Shown here in pieces: positions 17,696 to 26,482 of a stretch of DNA of 64,000 nucleotides. Numbering within the stretch: the first letter of the stretch is position 1; each line of letters begins with the position of its first letter. The stretch comes from Parcubacteria group bacterium Greene0714_7 (GTDB lineage Bacteria > Patescibacteriota > Minisyncoccia > Phycocordibacterales > Phycocordibacteraceae). Where the stretch lies: assembly GCA_007378985.1 (NCBI GenBank), contig VMHB01000002.1:158273-222272 (forward strand). The letters are read 5' to 3'. The notes beneath the pieces are model-generated. The model ran no database searches. It had not been told where the DNA came from and saw only the letters and a program-made list of their open reading frames with translations. Made by a program: the position numbers and the translations under genes.

Positions 17696-18397
17696 ATGGG
17701 AAAGCGTGGTCCAAAGCCAAGGCGTAAAAAACCTGTCGAATGGTCTTCTAATCTGGCATACGCCATCGGACTCATTGCTACGGACGGGTCTCTTTCTAAG
17801 AATGGACGGCATATTGAATTAACATCAAAAGATCGGGGGCAGTTGCAAACTTTCATGAGGTGTCTTGATATAGAGGTAAAAATCGGTATCAAAAAAGGTT
17901 ATGCCGATAAAACCGCGAACCGTGTTCAGTTTGGAGATGTGGTTTTTTATGATTTTCTTTTAGAGATTGGGCTTACTCCGAACAAAACTAAGACGATTGG
18001 AGCACTCGATATTCCTGACAAATATTTCTTTGATTTCTTGCGCGGGCATCATGATGGAGATGGGTCTTTTCATTCGTATTGGGATAAGCGTTGGAAATCG
18101 AGTTTCATGTTCTATCTTATTTTTGTGAGTGCAAGTAAGGAACACGTTGATTGGCTTCGTTCCAAACTGGAACGTTTTTTGGATGTACGGGGGCACATTA
18201 CGCACGGGAGAACGGCAACCGTATATCAGCTTAAATATGCGAAGGCTGAGTCTTTAAAAATTATCAAAAACATGTATTATTCCAATACAGTTCCTTGCCT
18301 CAAACGAAAAAGAGTTAAGATTTTTAAGGCTCTTCGTCGTGCAGGGAACTTGACAAAATTTGCCCAGGTGTTGAAACTGGTAGACATTTCACCTTGA
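17696..18397 (+). CDS. LAGLIDADG-family homing endonuclease, free-standing
   Basis: two LAGLIDADG motifs: LAYAIGLIATDGSL and FLRGHHDGDGSF; stop codon TGA lies inside anticodon loop of downstream tRNA-Leu. Confidence 0.75.
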   Translation: MGKRGPKPRRKKPVEWSSNLAYAIGLIATDGSLSKNGRHIELTSKDRGQLQTFMRCLDIEVKIGIKKGYADKTANRVQFGDVVFYDFLLEIGLTPNKTKTIGALDIPDKYFFDFLRGHHDGDGSFHSYWDKRWKSSFMFYLIFVSASKEHVDWLRSKLERFLDVRGHITHGRTATVYQLKYAKAESLKIIKNMYYSNTVPCLKRKRVKIFKALRRAGNLTKFAQVLKLVDISP

Positions 18398-18445
18398 GGT
18401 GGTGAAGCCCGCAAGGGCGTGGAGGTTCGAGTCCTCTCCTGGGCA
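18362..18445 (+). tRNA. tRNA-Leu (anticodon GAG), type II with long variable arm
   Basis: acceptor GCCCAGG/CCTGGGC, anticodon stem TCACC/GGTGA loop TTGAGGT, variable hairpin GCCC-GCAA-GGGC, T-arm GGAGG-TTCGAGT-CCTCT, discriminator A. Confidence 0.8.
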
Positions 18446-18506
18446 CACTTCGACTCGCAAGCTCGCTTCGGTGTAAACACATGAGGCGAGTGAGGCGGAG
18501 TAGTAT

Positions 18507-18582
18507 GGTGGTTGTAGCTCAGCTGGTAGAGCTCCGGTTTGTGGTACCGGCGGTCGTGGGTTCGAGCCCCATCAACCACCCA
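18507..18582 (+). tRNA. tRNA-His (anticodon GTG) with encoded G-1
   Basis: G-1 plus GTGGTTG acceptor pairing CAACCAC-C, D-arm GCTCAGCTGGTAGAGC, anticodon stem CCGGT/ACCGG loop TTGTGGT, T-arm GTGGG-TTCGAGC-CCCAT. Confidence 0.85.
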
Positions 18583-18616
18583 GAATGACACCCGCCTTGT
18601 GCGGGTTTTGTCATTC
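18583..18616 (+). terminator. rho-independent terminator after tRNA-His
   Basis: gaatgacacccgccttgtgcgggttttgtcattc hairpin with T-run. Confidence 0.6.
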
Positions 18617-18649
18617 TGGGTGGCTAAGCAAGCAAATAGTTTTGCTTGC

Positions 18650-18812
18650 GTCAGGGAATCGAAAAGCGGAACGATGTTTCTTGTCTCAAGAAACCGTGAG
18701 CTGGCGATTAGCGAATCGTGCCGAGAGGCTCTGCGACCGAGCCGAACAGTCGCCCTCGCCAGTATGATGAAGCGTCAGGTGAGTCGAGAGTTGTAGTCGA
18801 TTCCCTCCAGAT
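18650..18812 (+). promoter_or_regulatory. structured 5' leader upstream of ribE-ribH, candidate divergent FMN riboswitch
   Basis: closing helix GGGAATCGA...TCGATTCCC; internal segments resembling RFN element blocks (CTGGCGATTAGCGAA vs CCGGCGGTAGTAAAG; GAGCCGAACAGT vs GAAGCCGACAGT); sits immediately upstream of riboflavin genes. Confidence 0.3.
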
Positions 18813-18918
18813 AAATAGACTTAGGAATTTCACCTCGACTCCCTGTAGCCACCCCACGTAAGAACTTTAAAAAGCTTGCCCCTGTTCGTGCTCCCCGAAA
18901 AGGTTTATTGTAGTAATA

Positions 18919-19533
18919 GTGTTTACGGGCATTATCCGCAATGTGTCAACGGTGGTTACATCTGTTCCGGACAACGGTTGCTTGATTGTGCAGATTGCTA
19001 AGCCTCGCGGTTGGCGTACCTATATTGGGGACAGTATCTCTGTTAACGGAGTGTGTTCCACCGTGAAGGATAGTGGGCGCTTTTTGGTTTTTGAATATAT
19101 GCCCGAAACAGTTTTGGTTACCAATGTAGGAAAGTTAAAAACTAAAGACATAGTAAACATTGAACGCTCTTTGACATTGCGCGAACGCTTAGATGGGCAC
19201 ATTGTGCAAGGTCATATCGATACCACTGGCACCATCGCTCGAATTTTTTTAGAGGGTGCCGCTAGAGTTATAGTAATTACTTTGACCCAAAAGAAATCGC
19301 ACTTCATGAGGTTTGTTGTTCCTAAGGGGTCAATAGCAATCGAAGGTATCAGTTTGACTGTGGTTACTGTGACTAAAAGGAGCCTTACGGTAAAAGTTCT
19401 ACCCTATACATGGGGTCAGACTAACCTGCACACAAAAATTATTGGTGATGCGGTAAATATAGAGTTTGATATTATGGTTAAATATCTAGAGCGTTTAATG
19501 GATACTAACGTAACCTATGCAACTAAAAAATAA
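18919..19533 (+). CDS. ribE: riboflavin synthase alpha chain
   Basis: MFTGIIRNVS... duplicated lumazine-binding halves. Confidence 0.85.
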   Translation: MFTGIIRNVSTVVTSVPDNGCLIVQIAKPRGWRTYIGDSISVNGVCSTVKDSGRFLVFEYMPETVLVTNVGKLKTKDIVNIERSLTLRERLDGHIVQGHIDTTGTIARIFLEGAARVIVITLTQKKSHFMRFVVPKGSIAIEGISLTVVTVTKRSLTVKVLPYTWGQTNLHTKIIGDAVNIEFDIMVKYLERLMDTNVTYATKK

Positions 19534-19960
19534 GCCTCTTAAAAAAGTAAATGCTGCCAACCTCTCTGTTGGGGTTGTTGTTTCGAGGTTTAATGAGAGC
19601 ATCACCACTGAACTCCTAGGAACTGCTCTGCAGGCATTGAAAAAATCTAAGGTGAAGACTAACCGCATTGAAGTGATGTTTGTCCCTGGGGCAATGGAAA
19701 TTCCTTTTGCGTTACAAAAAATGGCTCGTAGAAAAAAATATAACTGCCTTGTTGCGTTAGGATGCGTTATCCGCGGTGATACGCCACATTTCGATTATGT
19801 GTGTAAGACTGCGCAAGAAGGAGTGCTTCGGGTCAGTCTTGATCACGTTGTTCCGATTGGTTTTGGGGTAGTAACTGTAAATACTGCAAAACAGGCAAAG
19901 GCACGGATACATATTGGATTCGACGCGGTGATGGCTGCTTTAGAGTTGGCAACACTGTAG
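19517..19960 (+). CDS. ribH: 6,7-dimethyl-8-ribityllumazine synthase
   Basis: ...VGVVVSRFNESITTELLGTALQALKKSKV...MFVPGAMEIPFALQKMA... lumazine synthase signature. Confidence 0.85.
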   Translation: MQLKNKPLKKVNAANLSVGVVVSRFNESITTELLGTALQALKKSKVKTNRIEVMFVPGAMEIPFALQKMARRKKYNCLVALGCVIRGDTPHFDYVCKTAQEGVLRVSLDHVVPIGFGVVTVNTAKQAKARIHIGFDAVMAALELATL

Positions 19961-20079
19961 TGGATGTTGCCTTGTCGCTCATCTCCGAGATTTGTAGCCG
20001 ACTCCAACTCCTGTAGCCACCCAAAAATAAAGAAGGGGATGCACATGCATTTTGAAGTGCCTGTGTTATATCTGTAGAT

Positions 20080-21039
20080 ATGCACACTAAAAAGCGTATT
20101 GGTGTATTCACGCCAATAAAGGCCACATTTGCATCAAACGCAATTGTCCGCGAGCTCTTGCCTGAGCGAACAGTGGAAGAGCTATACGAACTTCTTGATG
20201 CAAATTCAGGGATTGAGTATTACAAGGATCTCGACCCGCATAAGTCCGTGATTGAGAATGGCAAGGTGTACTGCGGTGACATCTGCGTGTCGGATCTCGA
20301 CCTATTCTTCTGGTATTACTTGCCGGATTATGATCCGACTAGCTTCGAATTCCAGGTTCTCGAGACTGTGAGTCGACGGACGAAGGTTTCGCCCAACCCT
20401 CAGGGGCTCGTGCGCAGTATGGATAAGTTCACAGCACACTCGGCTTTGAAAAATGCAGGGCTTCCGACACCCGATTTCGCACTGTTTCCTGCAACTGACA
20501 CAGCGTATGCGAAGAAGCTCTTCAAGAAGTGGGGGACTCTCCTGCTGAAGCCAAGACTTGGAAAATTTGGGCACGGCATTCTGAAGATCGACTCGGAAGG
20601 AATGCTCCGTGACGCCATAGCCTACGCAGCTTCGTCGCACCCGGATCCACTCCAGATTTTCGTTGAGCGTTTCGAAGAAAATGACATGGATCGCTGGATC
20701 AGCGCGACGAACATAGGAGGGCAAACTCTTTTCGGTTACCGAAAGAAGTCGACCAAATTCGTGGACGGGTGGAAAGTATATGACGAAGAGTTCAAGGGAG
20801 GGGAAGCATTCTACGTCGACCCGTCTCCTGTCGAGAACATTGCATCGGCAGCAGCCAAAGCGCTCGGCGCAGACATCGTCGGGTTCGATTGCATCTATGT
20901 GACCAGCCGGAAAGAGTATCTTATCGTCGACGAAAACACTTTTCCCGGCATCTACGAGGATTGTTTCGAGCAAGCAGGAAAAGGAAGTCTCGCAGAGAAT
21001 TTCTATCGGATTATCACAGAAAGCCTTAAGGTAGCCTAA
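20080..21039 (+). CDS. ATP-grasp ligase, RimK/GshB (glutathione synthetase)-like
   Basis: 319 aa; KPRLGKFGHGILKI, ..VERFEEN.., ..YLIVDENTFPG.. ATP-grasp blocks; overall layout parallels E. coli GshB (316 aa). Confidence 0.6.
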   Translation: MHTKKRIGVFTPIKATFASNAIVRELLPERTVEELYELLDANSGIEYYKDLDPHKSVIENGKVYCGDICVSDLDLFFWYYLPDYDPTSFEFQVLETVSRRTKVSPNPQGLVRSMDKFTAHSALKNAGLPTPDFALFPATDTAYAKKLFKKWGTLLLKPRLGKFGHGILKIDSEGMLRDAIAYAASSHPDPLQIFVERFEENDMDRWISATNIGGQTLFGYRKKSTKFVDGWKVYDEEFKGGEAFYVDPSPVENIASAAAKALGADIVGFDCIYVTSRKEYLIVDENTFPGIYEDCFEQAGKGSLAENFYRIITESLKVA

Positions 21040-21047
21040 TGTTTTCG

Positions 21048-23120
21048 TCAAGAAGTGAGCTTTTCGTACCCCTCAATCATTTTCTCGAGACTCACGATAT
21101 CTTCGGACATCTGACGAGCGTGCGTGAGGGCTATCTCTGACGCAATGTTTTGTGGCAGTAGTTTTCGCATATCTTTGTATCCAAGAGATCGTGCTTGGGA
21201 CAGTATGTCGTCAGCAGTGGTTCTGCGCCCTGCGAGCATATCTGTTAATGGTCGTAGCAGTTCGTCTAGCTCCTTGCCACCCAAGATTTTTGCGAGCGAA
21301 AGTAGCCGCCGACAATAGTAATGTATGTCGTCGTTCTCTAGTCCTTCGTGAGCGGCAGCGTGCTGTAGATATTTGCGCACATGCGTATCGGGTGCGATGC
21401 GTATGGTCTTTGCATGTTTGTCAAAGGCAAATGGCTCCGCTTTTGCCGAATCGTGCGGGACTACTTTGAGGTTACCGTCTTGGATGTGTCGCAAAATAAT
21501 TTGAAGCAGAAGCGACACCGCAAGAAGAACCGGAAGCCGGTTCATGTCCATGCCACGCTGTTCGAATGTGCCGTGCGCATTTATCTTAACCGGCGTCCAG
21601 TTGGTATCGAGTATGGAGCGATAGAAAGAGGCTCCCTTTACGCCGATGTCAGCGAGAGACTTCAGCCACGAGTCATTACGATCTCTAATCCTACTCAGAA
21701 GATCGGCTCCTGCATGTACATATGCAGGGAGACTGCCAAAGGTAGGTAAGCTGTTATATAAGCCTCGAGGGTACTCTAATTCTTCGCTACCACGATAGAC
21801 CAGCATTCGGGTGTCTTTGGCGAAATGCCGACCTTGGTAAAAAGGCGAGGATTGCATGAATGTGGTGAGCGCAGGGTCGGCGGCGATCAGGAAGTTAAAG
21901 GCGTTTACGAGGTATTCCTGGTTTTTAGAATCGGAGAGTTCTTTTAGGATGAGTTTTTGCGAGTCAAAGACGCCCCAAGGGAGAGCATAGTGGCAGTGGT
22001 AGCCTGCGACTCGCCCGGCTATTTGAAAGCGTGTTTTTCCAAAAAGTTTTGTCTGCACCCGATATCGTGGGTCACTTCGCATCTCGGGTGTAAATTTTCC
22101 AGGGTACGTCCCCAAAGGCAGGATGCCATACCCGGCTTCGCTCGCAGATTCAACAAGGAGTTTCAGGCCCGCAAGAAGACTTTTCATCGTGTCCGTTCCT
22201 TCAATGTTTGGGTAGCTTCCGAGCTCTATAAGATTATGCGCGCACTCCTTGGTAACTTCATGGGTTTTTGTTTTTTCAGCGATTTTTGAGAGTATCTTAT
22301 CGGCACCGGGTACGATGCGCCCTTCTGTATCAATAACGAAGAACTCTACCTCAAAGCCTATGGTGAATTTTTTAAGTGGGGCTTTTGGCGGTTTTTCTAT
22401 TGTGGGGTCATTGAGATATGCGTTATGCGCACGAGTGACGAGGCTTGAAATTTCCTTGTGTATTGGTTTCAACAGTCCCGAAGTCTCTAGGGGGCGTTTT
22501 GTCCCACGTCTGGTGACTCGGATGAGTTCTGCAAGTTCCCGAATTGATTTCTGGAACACGAACCGGATAAGGATGAGTATCACTCCGCAAAAAATGACAA
22601 GTTGTAGCAGGAAGCGAGCGAGGTTTCGAATCCAGGCATCAGTTACGGCTGTGGCTATATAGCCAGCATGTTGCATAAGAACCAGCGCCCCGGTAATCCG
22701 TTCGGCTGAATGGAGCGGAGCAATGGAAACATACATTTGAGTTTTGCCGGTGCCTACGTAAAAATTCTTCACATTGTTCGTTTGCATCACGGTTTCGATA
22801 TCGGCGAGAGAGACTGGTGGATTGTTTTGATACAAAGCGGAAAAGGCGAGTAGCTTAGGCGAACTGTCATACACGGCGAAGCCGGCTACGCGTTCATTTG
22901 CTGAAATACGATCCACCGTTTTTTGTACAGAAGCGACCGTGTCACTTCGTGCTAAAGCAGGCTCCACAGCTTCCGCCAGTGAATCAGAAAGTATGTTTGT
23001 CCTGTACGCTAAGTCAGAGGATAAATCGACTTGCTGATTGCGCACTTGCACAAAGGTAAACGAAAGGACGACGAGTGCCAGAAGCAGAGCGCCTCCGGCA
23101 ACAATGGCAAAGATTCTCAT
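21048..23120 (-). CDS. membrane-anchored sensor-like domain fused to glutamate-cysteine ligase family 2 (GCS2/YbdK-like carboxylate-amine ligase)
   Basis: ATG at 23120 (MRIFAIVAGG); TM1, ~160-aa extracytoplasmic domain, TM2 FLLQLVIFCGVILILIRFVF, then GCS2 N-terminal motif FTIGFEVEFFVIDTEGR and downstream GCS2-like region. Confidence 0.55.
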   Translation of the reverse strand: MRIFAIVAGGALLLALVVLSFTFVQVRNQQVDLSSDLAYRTNILSDSLAEAVEPALARSDTVASVQKTVDRISANERVAGFAVYDSSPKLLAFSALYQNNPPVSLADIETVMQTNNVKNFYVGTGKTQMYVSIAPLHSAERITGALVLMQHAGYIATAVTDAWIRNLARFLLQLVIFCGVILILIRFVFQKSIRELAELIRVTRRGTKRPLETSGLLKPIHKEISSLVTRAHNAYLNDPTIEKPPKAPLKKFTIGFEVEFFVIDTEGRIVPGADKILSKIAEKTKTHEVTKECAHNLIELGSYPNIEGTDTMKSLLAGLKLLVESASEAGYGILPLGTYPGKFTPEMRSDPRYRVQTKLFGKTRFQIAGRVAGYHCHYALPWGVFDSQKLILKELSDSKNQEYLVNAFNFLIAADPALTTFMQSSPFYQGRHFAKDTRMLVYRGSEELEYPRGLYNSLPTFGSLPAYVHAGADLLSRIRDRNDSWLKSLADIGVKGASFYRSILDTNWTPVKINAHGTFEQRGMDMNRLPVLLAVSLLLQIILRHIQDGNLKVVPHDSAKAEPFAFDKHAKTIRIAPDTHVRKYLQHAAAHEGLENDDIHYYCRRLLSLAKILGGKELDELLRPLTDMLAGRRTTADDILSQARSLGYKDMRKLLPQNIASEIALTHARQMSEDIVSLEKMIEGYEKLTS

Positions 23121-23220
23121 CTTTTCTATTCTATACAAGATAACTTTGCATCGCCACCCAAATGGAGTGCTGTGAGGTACGCATTTTATTTTTTGTGGCG
23201 CTCGGTATGTGATGCTCCAA

Positions 23221-23258
23221 TATAAAACCCCCGCTCGTTCGAGCGGGGGTTTTATATT
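23221..23258 (-). terminator. rho-independent (bidirectional-looking) terminator
   Basis: aaaacccccgctcgttcgagcgggggtttta. Confidence 0.6.
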
Positions 23259-23287
23259 CACTTGCGTTAAGTAATCTACGTTGCTTA

Positions 23288-23980
23288 CTACTTTGTAGTG
23301 AACGTTGCTGGCCATGTGATGCTTACATGTCCCGCTGCGTTTGTTGTGTAGACTACGTAATAGTACTGAGTGTTTCTCTGTAGATTCGAGAGCAAGACAT
23401 TTTGTGATGCACGAAATGACGAGTCGGTTAATGCCGTATCACCACTCACACCCACACTACCTAGAATCCCATTTTCTTCACTCAAGACGATAGGGGAGAT
23501 GCTGTAACGCACAACACCTTGCGTCATCTGGTTTGTATTCCACGATATGTTCGCAGTGTTACTTCCTGTGCTTACTCCAACAGATGAGATAAGTGGCACC
23601 TGTGTATCTGCAGATGGCACCCCGCCCATTTTTGAATTAATTGAAGCCAAGGTCGTTGGTCCAACTCGTCCGTAACCAGTTGTTACCACGCTTCCTGTGC
23701 AGATGATGCTGTATGCACACTGAAAGCGCTGTACTGCGGATGTAGTAAGGACTCCGTAAAACCCTGTGACTAATCCTTCAGGATAAATACTTGTGTCCAA
23801 TGCAAGGTATGTCTGTAGAGTTGTTACGCTAGCATTGTTGTCTCCTGGGTCAAGTTGTCTGTCGATAGACGCGGCATGAGCTGAGACAGGGAGCATAAAG
23901 AGCATCCCAATAAGTGAAAGGGCGAATAGTGCAGAAGCTGCAACAATGGTGCGCTCTACCGTAGTTAGTGTTTTTGTCAT
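23288..23980 (-). CDS. secreted protein with peptidoglycan-binding-like and fibronectin-III-like domains
   Basis: N-terminal signal/anchor; LQTYLALDTSIYPEGLVTGFYGVLTTSAVQRFQ PG-binding-like; ANISWNTNQMTQGVVRYS...YYYVVYTTNAAGH FN3-like. Confidence 0.5.
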   Translation of the reverse strand: MTKTLTTVERTIVAASALFALSLIGMLFMLPVSAHAASIDRQLDPGDNNASVTTLQTYLALDTSIYPEGLVTGFYGVLTTSAVQRFQCAYSIICTGSVVTTGYGRVGPTTLASINSKMGGVPSADTQVPLISSVGVSTGSNTANISWNTNQMTQGVVRYSISPIVLSEENGILGSVGVSGDTALTDSSFRASQNVLLSNLQRNTQYYYVVYTTNAAGHVSITWPATFTTK

Positions 23981-24211
23981 ATTTTTATTTTTTAGAGTTT
24001 ATATAGAGGCATTTTTTATCTGGCAAGTATGATGACGAGGCGACCCAGAATCTACCTTCATAATAAAGTGAATAGATTCAGCTACAGCCATCACTATCTA
24101 AGCCGTATCAGCTGGTTGATGCTTACAGTGCTCTGAGTAGAGCAAGATGGTGATGAAATAAATGCCGAATCCGTGAATTTTTTTGATAGTGTAAAGTAAA
24201 GTCTGTCGTTT

Positions 24212-25300
24212 TTGGACATGAAAAAACTAACTGAATTTTTTAGTCATCACAAACATCATCTTGCCACCGTAGCTTTTGTGGCGGGCTTCTTGGTAGACAT
24301 CATTACCTTTAGAACTATTAATCTTGATATCAGCCAAATCATTCTTGCGGGCTATCTTATTATTCTTGCGGGCTCGATACTTGTGCTCGCGAGCCCTTTA
24401 CATAAAGGGGTATCAAAAATCGATCAGTCGATGCGCTCGTGGCTCCCTGTTATTCAACAATATGTCGCTGGAAATTTGTTGTCGGCTTTCCTCGTTCTGT
24501 ACTTCTCAAGTGGTTCATTATCTCAGAGCTGGCCTTTTTTAATTATTGTAGCCCTTGCTGCCCTCAGCAACGAAACATTTTTTATTGAGAAGTATCGTCT
24601 ACCATTTCAAACAACACTTTTTTTCTTGAACCTTGTACTGTTCTTTGCACTCGCAACGCCCATTGCTCTTGGTTCTCTTGGTCTCATCACGTTCCTCTCC
24701 AGTATTGCGATTTCAGTTGCATTTTTTGTTTTATTTTTTCTCCTCGGAAGATTTTTTGCACCGGATGCATTTTTAGAGAATACATTACGGATAGCCGGAG
24801 GGGCCCTTAGTGTTGTTGTTGTTGTGATACTCCTTTATGTAACTCACCTCATACCCCCCATTCCACTTTCTGGAAAGAGTATTGATGCATATCATTCGGT
24901 AGTAAAGGTCGGCGATACATATATAGCAACAGACGAGGTTCGCTCGTGGGGGGAGCGCTTCTTTGATATTCAAGGAGTGACACTTCACCTTGCATCAGGG
25001 GAGTCGGCATATGTGTTCAGTTCTATCTTTGCTCCTGCGCATTTTGGTGCGGGAGTTGTACACCAATGGGAATTATTTGAGCCTGCGCTCGGTAAGTGGG
25101 TGATTAAAAATAGAGTGAGCTTCCCAATTCTTGGGGGACGACCAGAAGGGTATCGAGGGTACTCATTTATGGATAACCCTACCTCCGGACGTTGGCGAAT
25201 TTCTATTAAGACCCCCGATGGGGCTGTTATTTCACGGATGTTTCTTATTGTGGAGCAAGCCAAAAACCCACCGGTGACTGTTGAGAAAATTCTTGAGTAA
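24212..25300 (+). CDS. integral membrane protein with C-terminal soluble domain, hypothetical
   Basis: ~8 TM helices then ~150-aa non-membrane C-terminus; no motif recognised. Confidence 0.4.
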   Translation: MDMKKLTEFFSHHKHHLATVAFVAGFLVDIITFRTINLDISQIILAGYLIILAGSILVLASPLHKGVSKIDQSMRSWLPVIQQYVAGNLLSAFLVLYFSSGSLSQSWPFLIIVALAALSNETFFIEKYRLPFQTTLFFLNLVLFFALATPIALGSLGLITFLSSIAISVAFFVLFFLLGRFFAPDAFLENTLRIAGGALSVVVVVILLYVTHLIPPIPLSGKSIDAYHSVVKVGDTYIATDEVRSWGERFFDIQGVTLHLASGESAYVFSSIFAPAHFGAGVVHQWELFEPALGKWVIKNRVSFPILGGRPEGYRGYSFMDNPTSGRWRISIKTPDGAVISRMFLIVEQAKNPPVTVEKILE

Positions 25301-25463
25301 CATCGCATCATTCGGAAAACAGTGATATCATTTTCAAAAGTGGATCCCGTTAGAGGTCAACTCCATTAAGCAAAAACCATATCGGAGCCCACTCGCTATG
25401 AAATTAATTTCTATCAAACAATGATAATTGTACGGAAGTCTTTGACTTCCTACCTCTAACGGG

Positions 25464-26465
25464 ATGGAGACTGACATAATTGTTGACCTGCAATACGGAG
25501 ACTCAGGAAAGGGCAAAGTAGCTCATTTTTTGTGTAAGACGAAGAAGTATACGCACGTGCTTCGTTACAATGGTGGATGCAACGCGGGGCACACCATTTT
25601 TCATAAAGGTAAGAAGTTTATAACGCACCACATTCCTGCAGGAGTTTTTTGGGGCATTAAATCCATAATAGGGCCAGGATGTGTTGTTGATCCTGTACAG
25701 TTTCTGAAAGAAATTAAAATGCTTGAGGATGGGGGCATCAAAACTAAGGGTAAGATTTTTGTTGCAAAGAACACGCATGTCATTACTGCGTCACACAGAA
25801 ATGAAGATGCGGTGGATGTAGCAATTGGTACAACAAAACGGGGGAATGGACCAGCGTATCGTGATAAATACGCACGAATTGGTGTGCGTGCGGAGCAAGT
25901 AAAAGCACTAAAGCCTTACCTCATTGATCTCTATGAAGAGTTTTATGAAAATAAAAAAAAGGTCGTCATTCTAGGAGAGGGGGCGCAAGGTTTTGGGCTC
26001 GACATCGATTGGGGAGATTATCCGTTTGTTACTTCGAGTCATTGCACAACCGCAGGGGCTCTCTTGAATGGCTTACCACCACAGTCGGTGCGTCACGTGT
26101 GGGGTGTTGCAAAAATGTATGAGACCTATGTGGGCACCAAGAAGTTTGAGCCTAAGAATCCTGCATTTGAAGAGCTTCGACGAGTGGGCGAAGAGTACGG
26201 TTCAACAACAGGAAGACCACGCCAGTGTAATTGGATGAATGTTGATTTGATAGAGCAAGCAGTTCGTGTGAATGGCGTCACCCATCTCGTTTTTAATAAA
26301 ACAGATGTGATGCGAGAAGTTGGGGAGTGGGCCGTGCTCATCGGAGGAAAGGTCCGGGCATTCAAGGGAGAAAAAGAAATGAAGCATTTTCTCACTACAC
26401 GACTAAAGGCGTTAGGTATCCCCCCTCGGCAAGTTTATTTTTCGGAAAGTAGGGAAGCAATTTAG
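25464..26465 (+). CDS. purA: adenylosuccinate synthetase (compact form)
   Basis: LQYGDSGKGKVAHFL (QWGDEGKGK-like), GGCNAGHTIF, GTTKRGNGPAYRDK, GSTTGRPRQCNW motifs. Confidence 0.8.
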   Translation: METDIIVDLQYGDSGKGKVAHFLCKTKKYTHVLRYNGGCNAGHTIFHKGKKFITHHIPAGVFWGIKSIIGPGCVVDPVQFLKEIKMLEDGGIKTKGKIFVAKNTHVITASHRNEDAVDVAIGTTKRGNGPAYRDKYARIGVRAEQVKALKPYLIDLYEEFYENKKKVVILGEGAQGFGLDIDWGDYPFVTSSHCTTAGALLNGLPPQSVRHVWGVAKMYETYVGTKKFEPKNPAFEELRRVGEEYGSTTGRPRQCNWMNVDLIEQAVRVNGVTHLVFNKTDVMREVGEWAVLIGGKVRAFKGEKEMKHFLTTRLKALGIPPRQVYFSESREAI

Positions 26466-26482
26466 TAAAAAATCTTTAATAC

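Noticed and set aside
17620-18400. LAGLIDADG gene as part of a group I intron in tRNA-Leu
   Set aside because: tRNA-Leu is contiguous and folds without any insertion. No P3-P7 core-like sequence was recognisable by eye upstream of the ORF. Kept as a finding needing a covariance search.
18277-18796. ORFs 18277..18591(-), 18539..18796(+), 18585..18767(+)
   Set aside because: They overlap tRNA-Leu, tRNA-His, the terminator and the structured ribE leader. Spurious.
21124-22662. Plus-strand ORFs 21124..21318, 21152..21469, 21381..21749, 21957..22289, 22249..22662
   Set aside because: They are antisense to the strongly supported 21048..23120 GCS2-fusion gene and have no motifs. Spurious.
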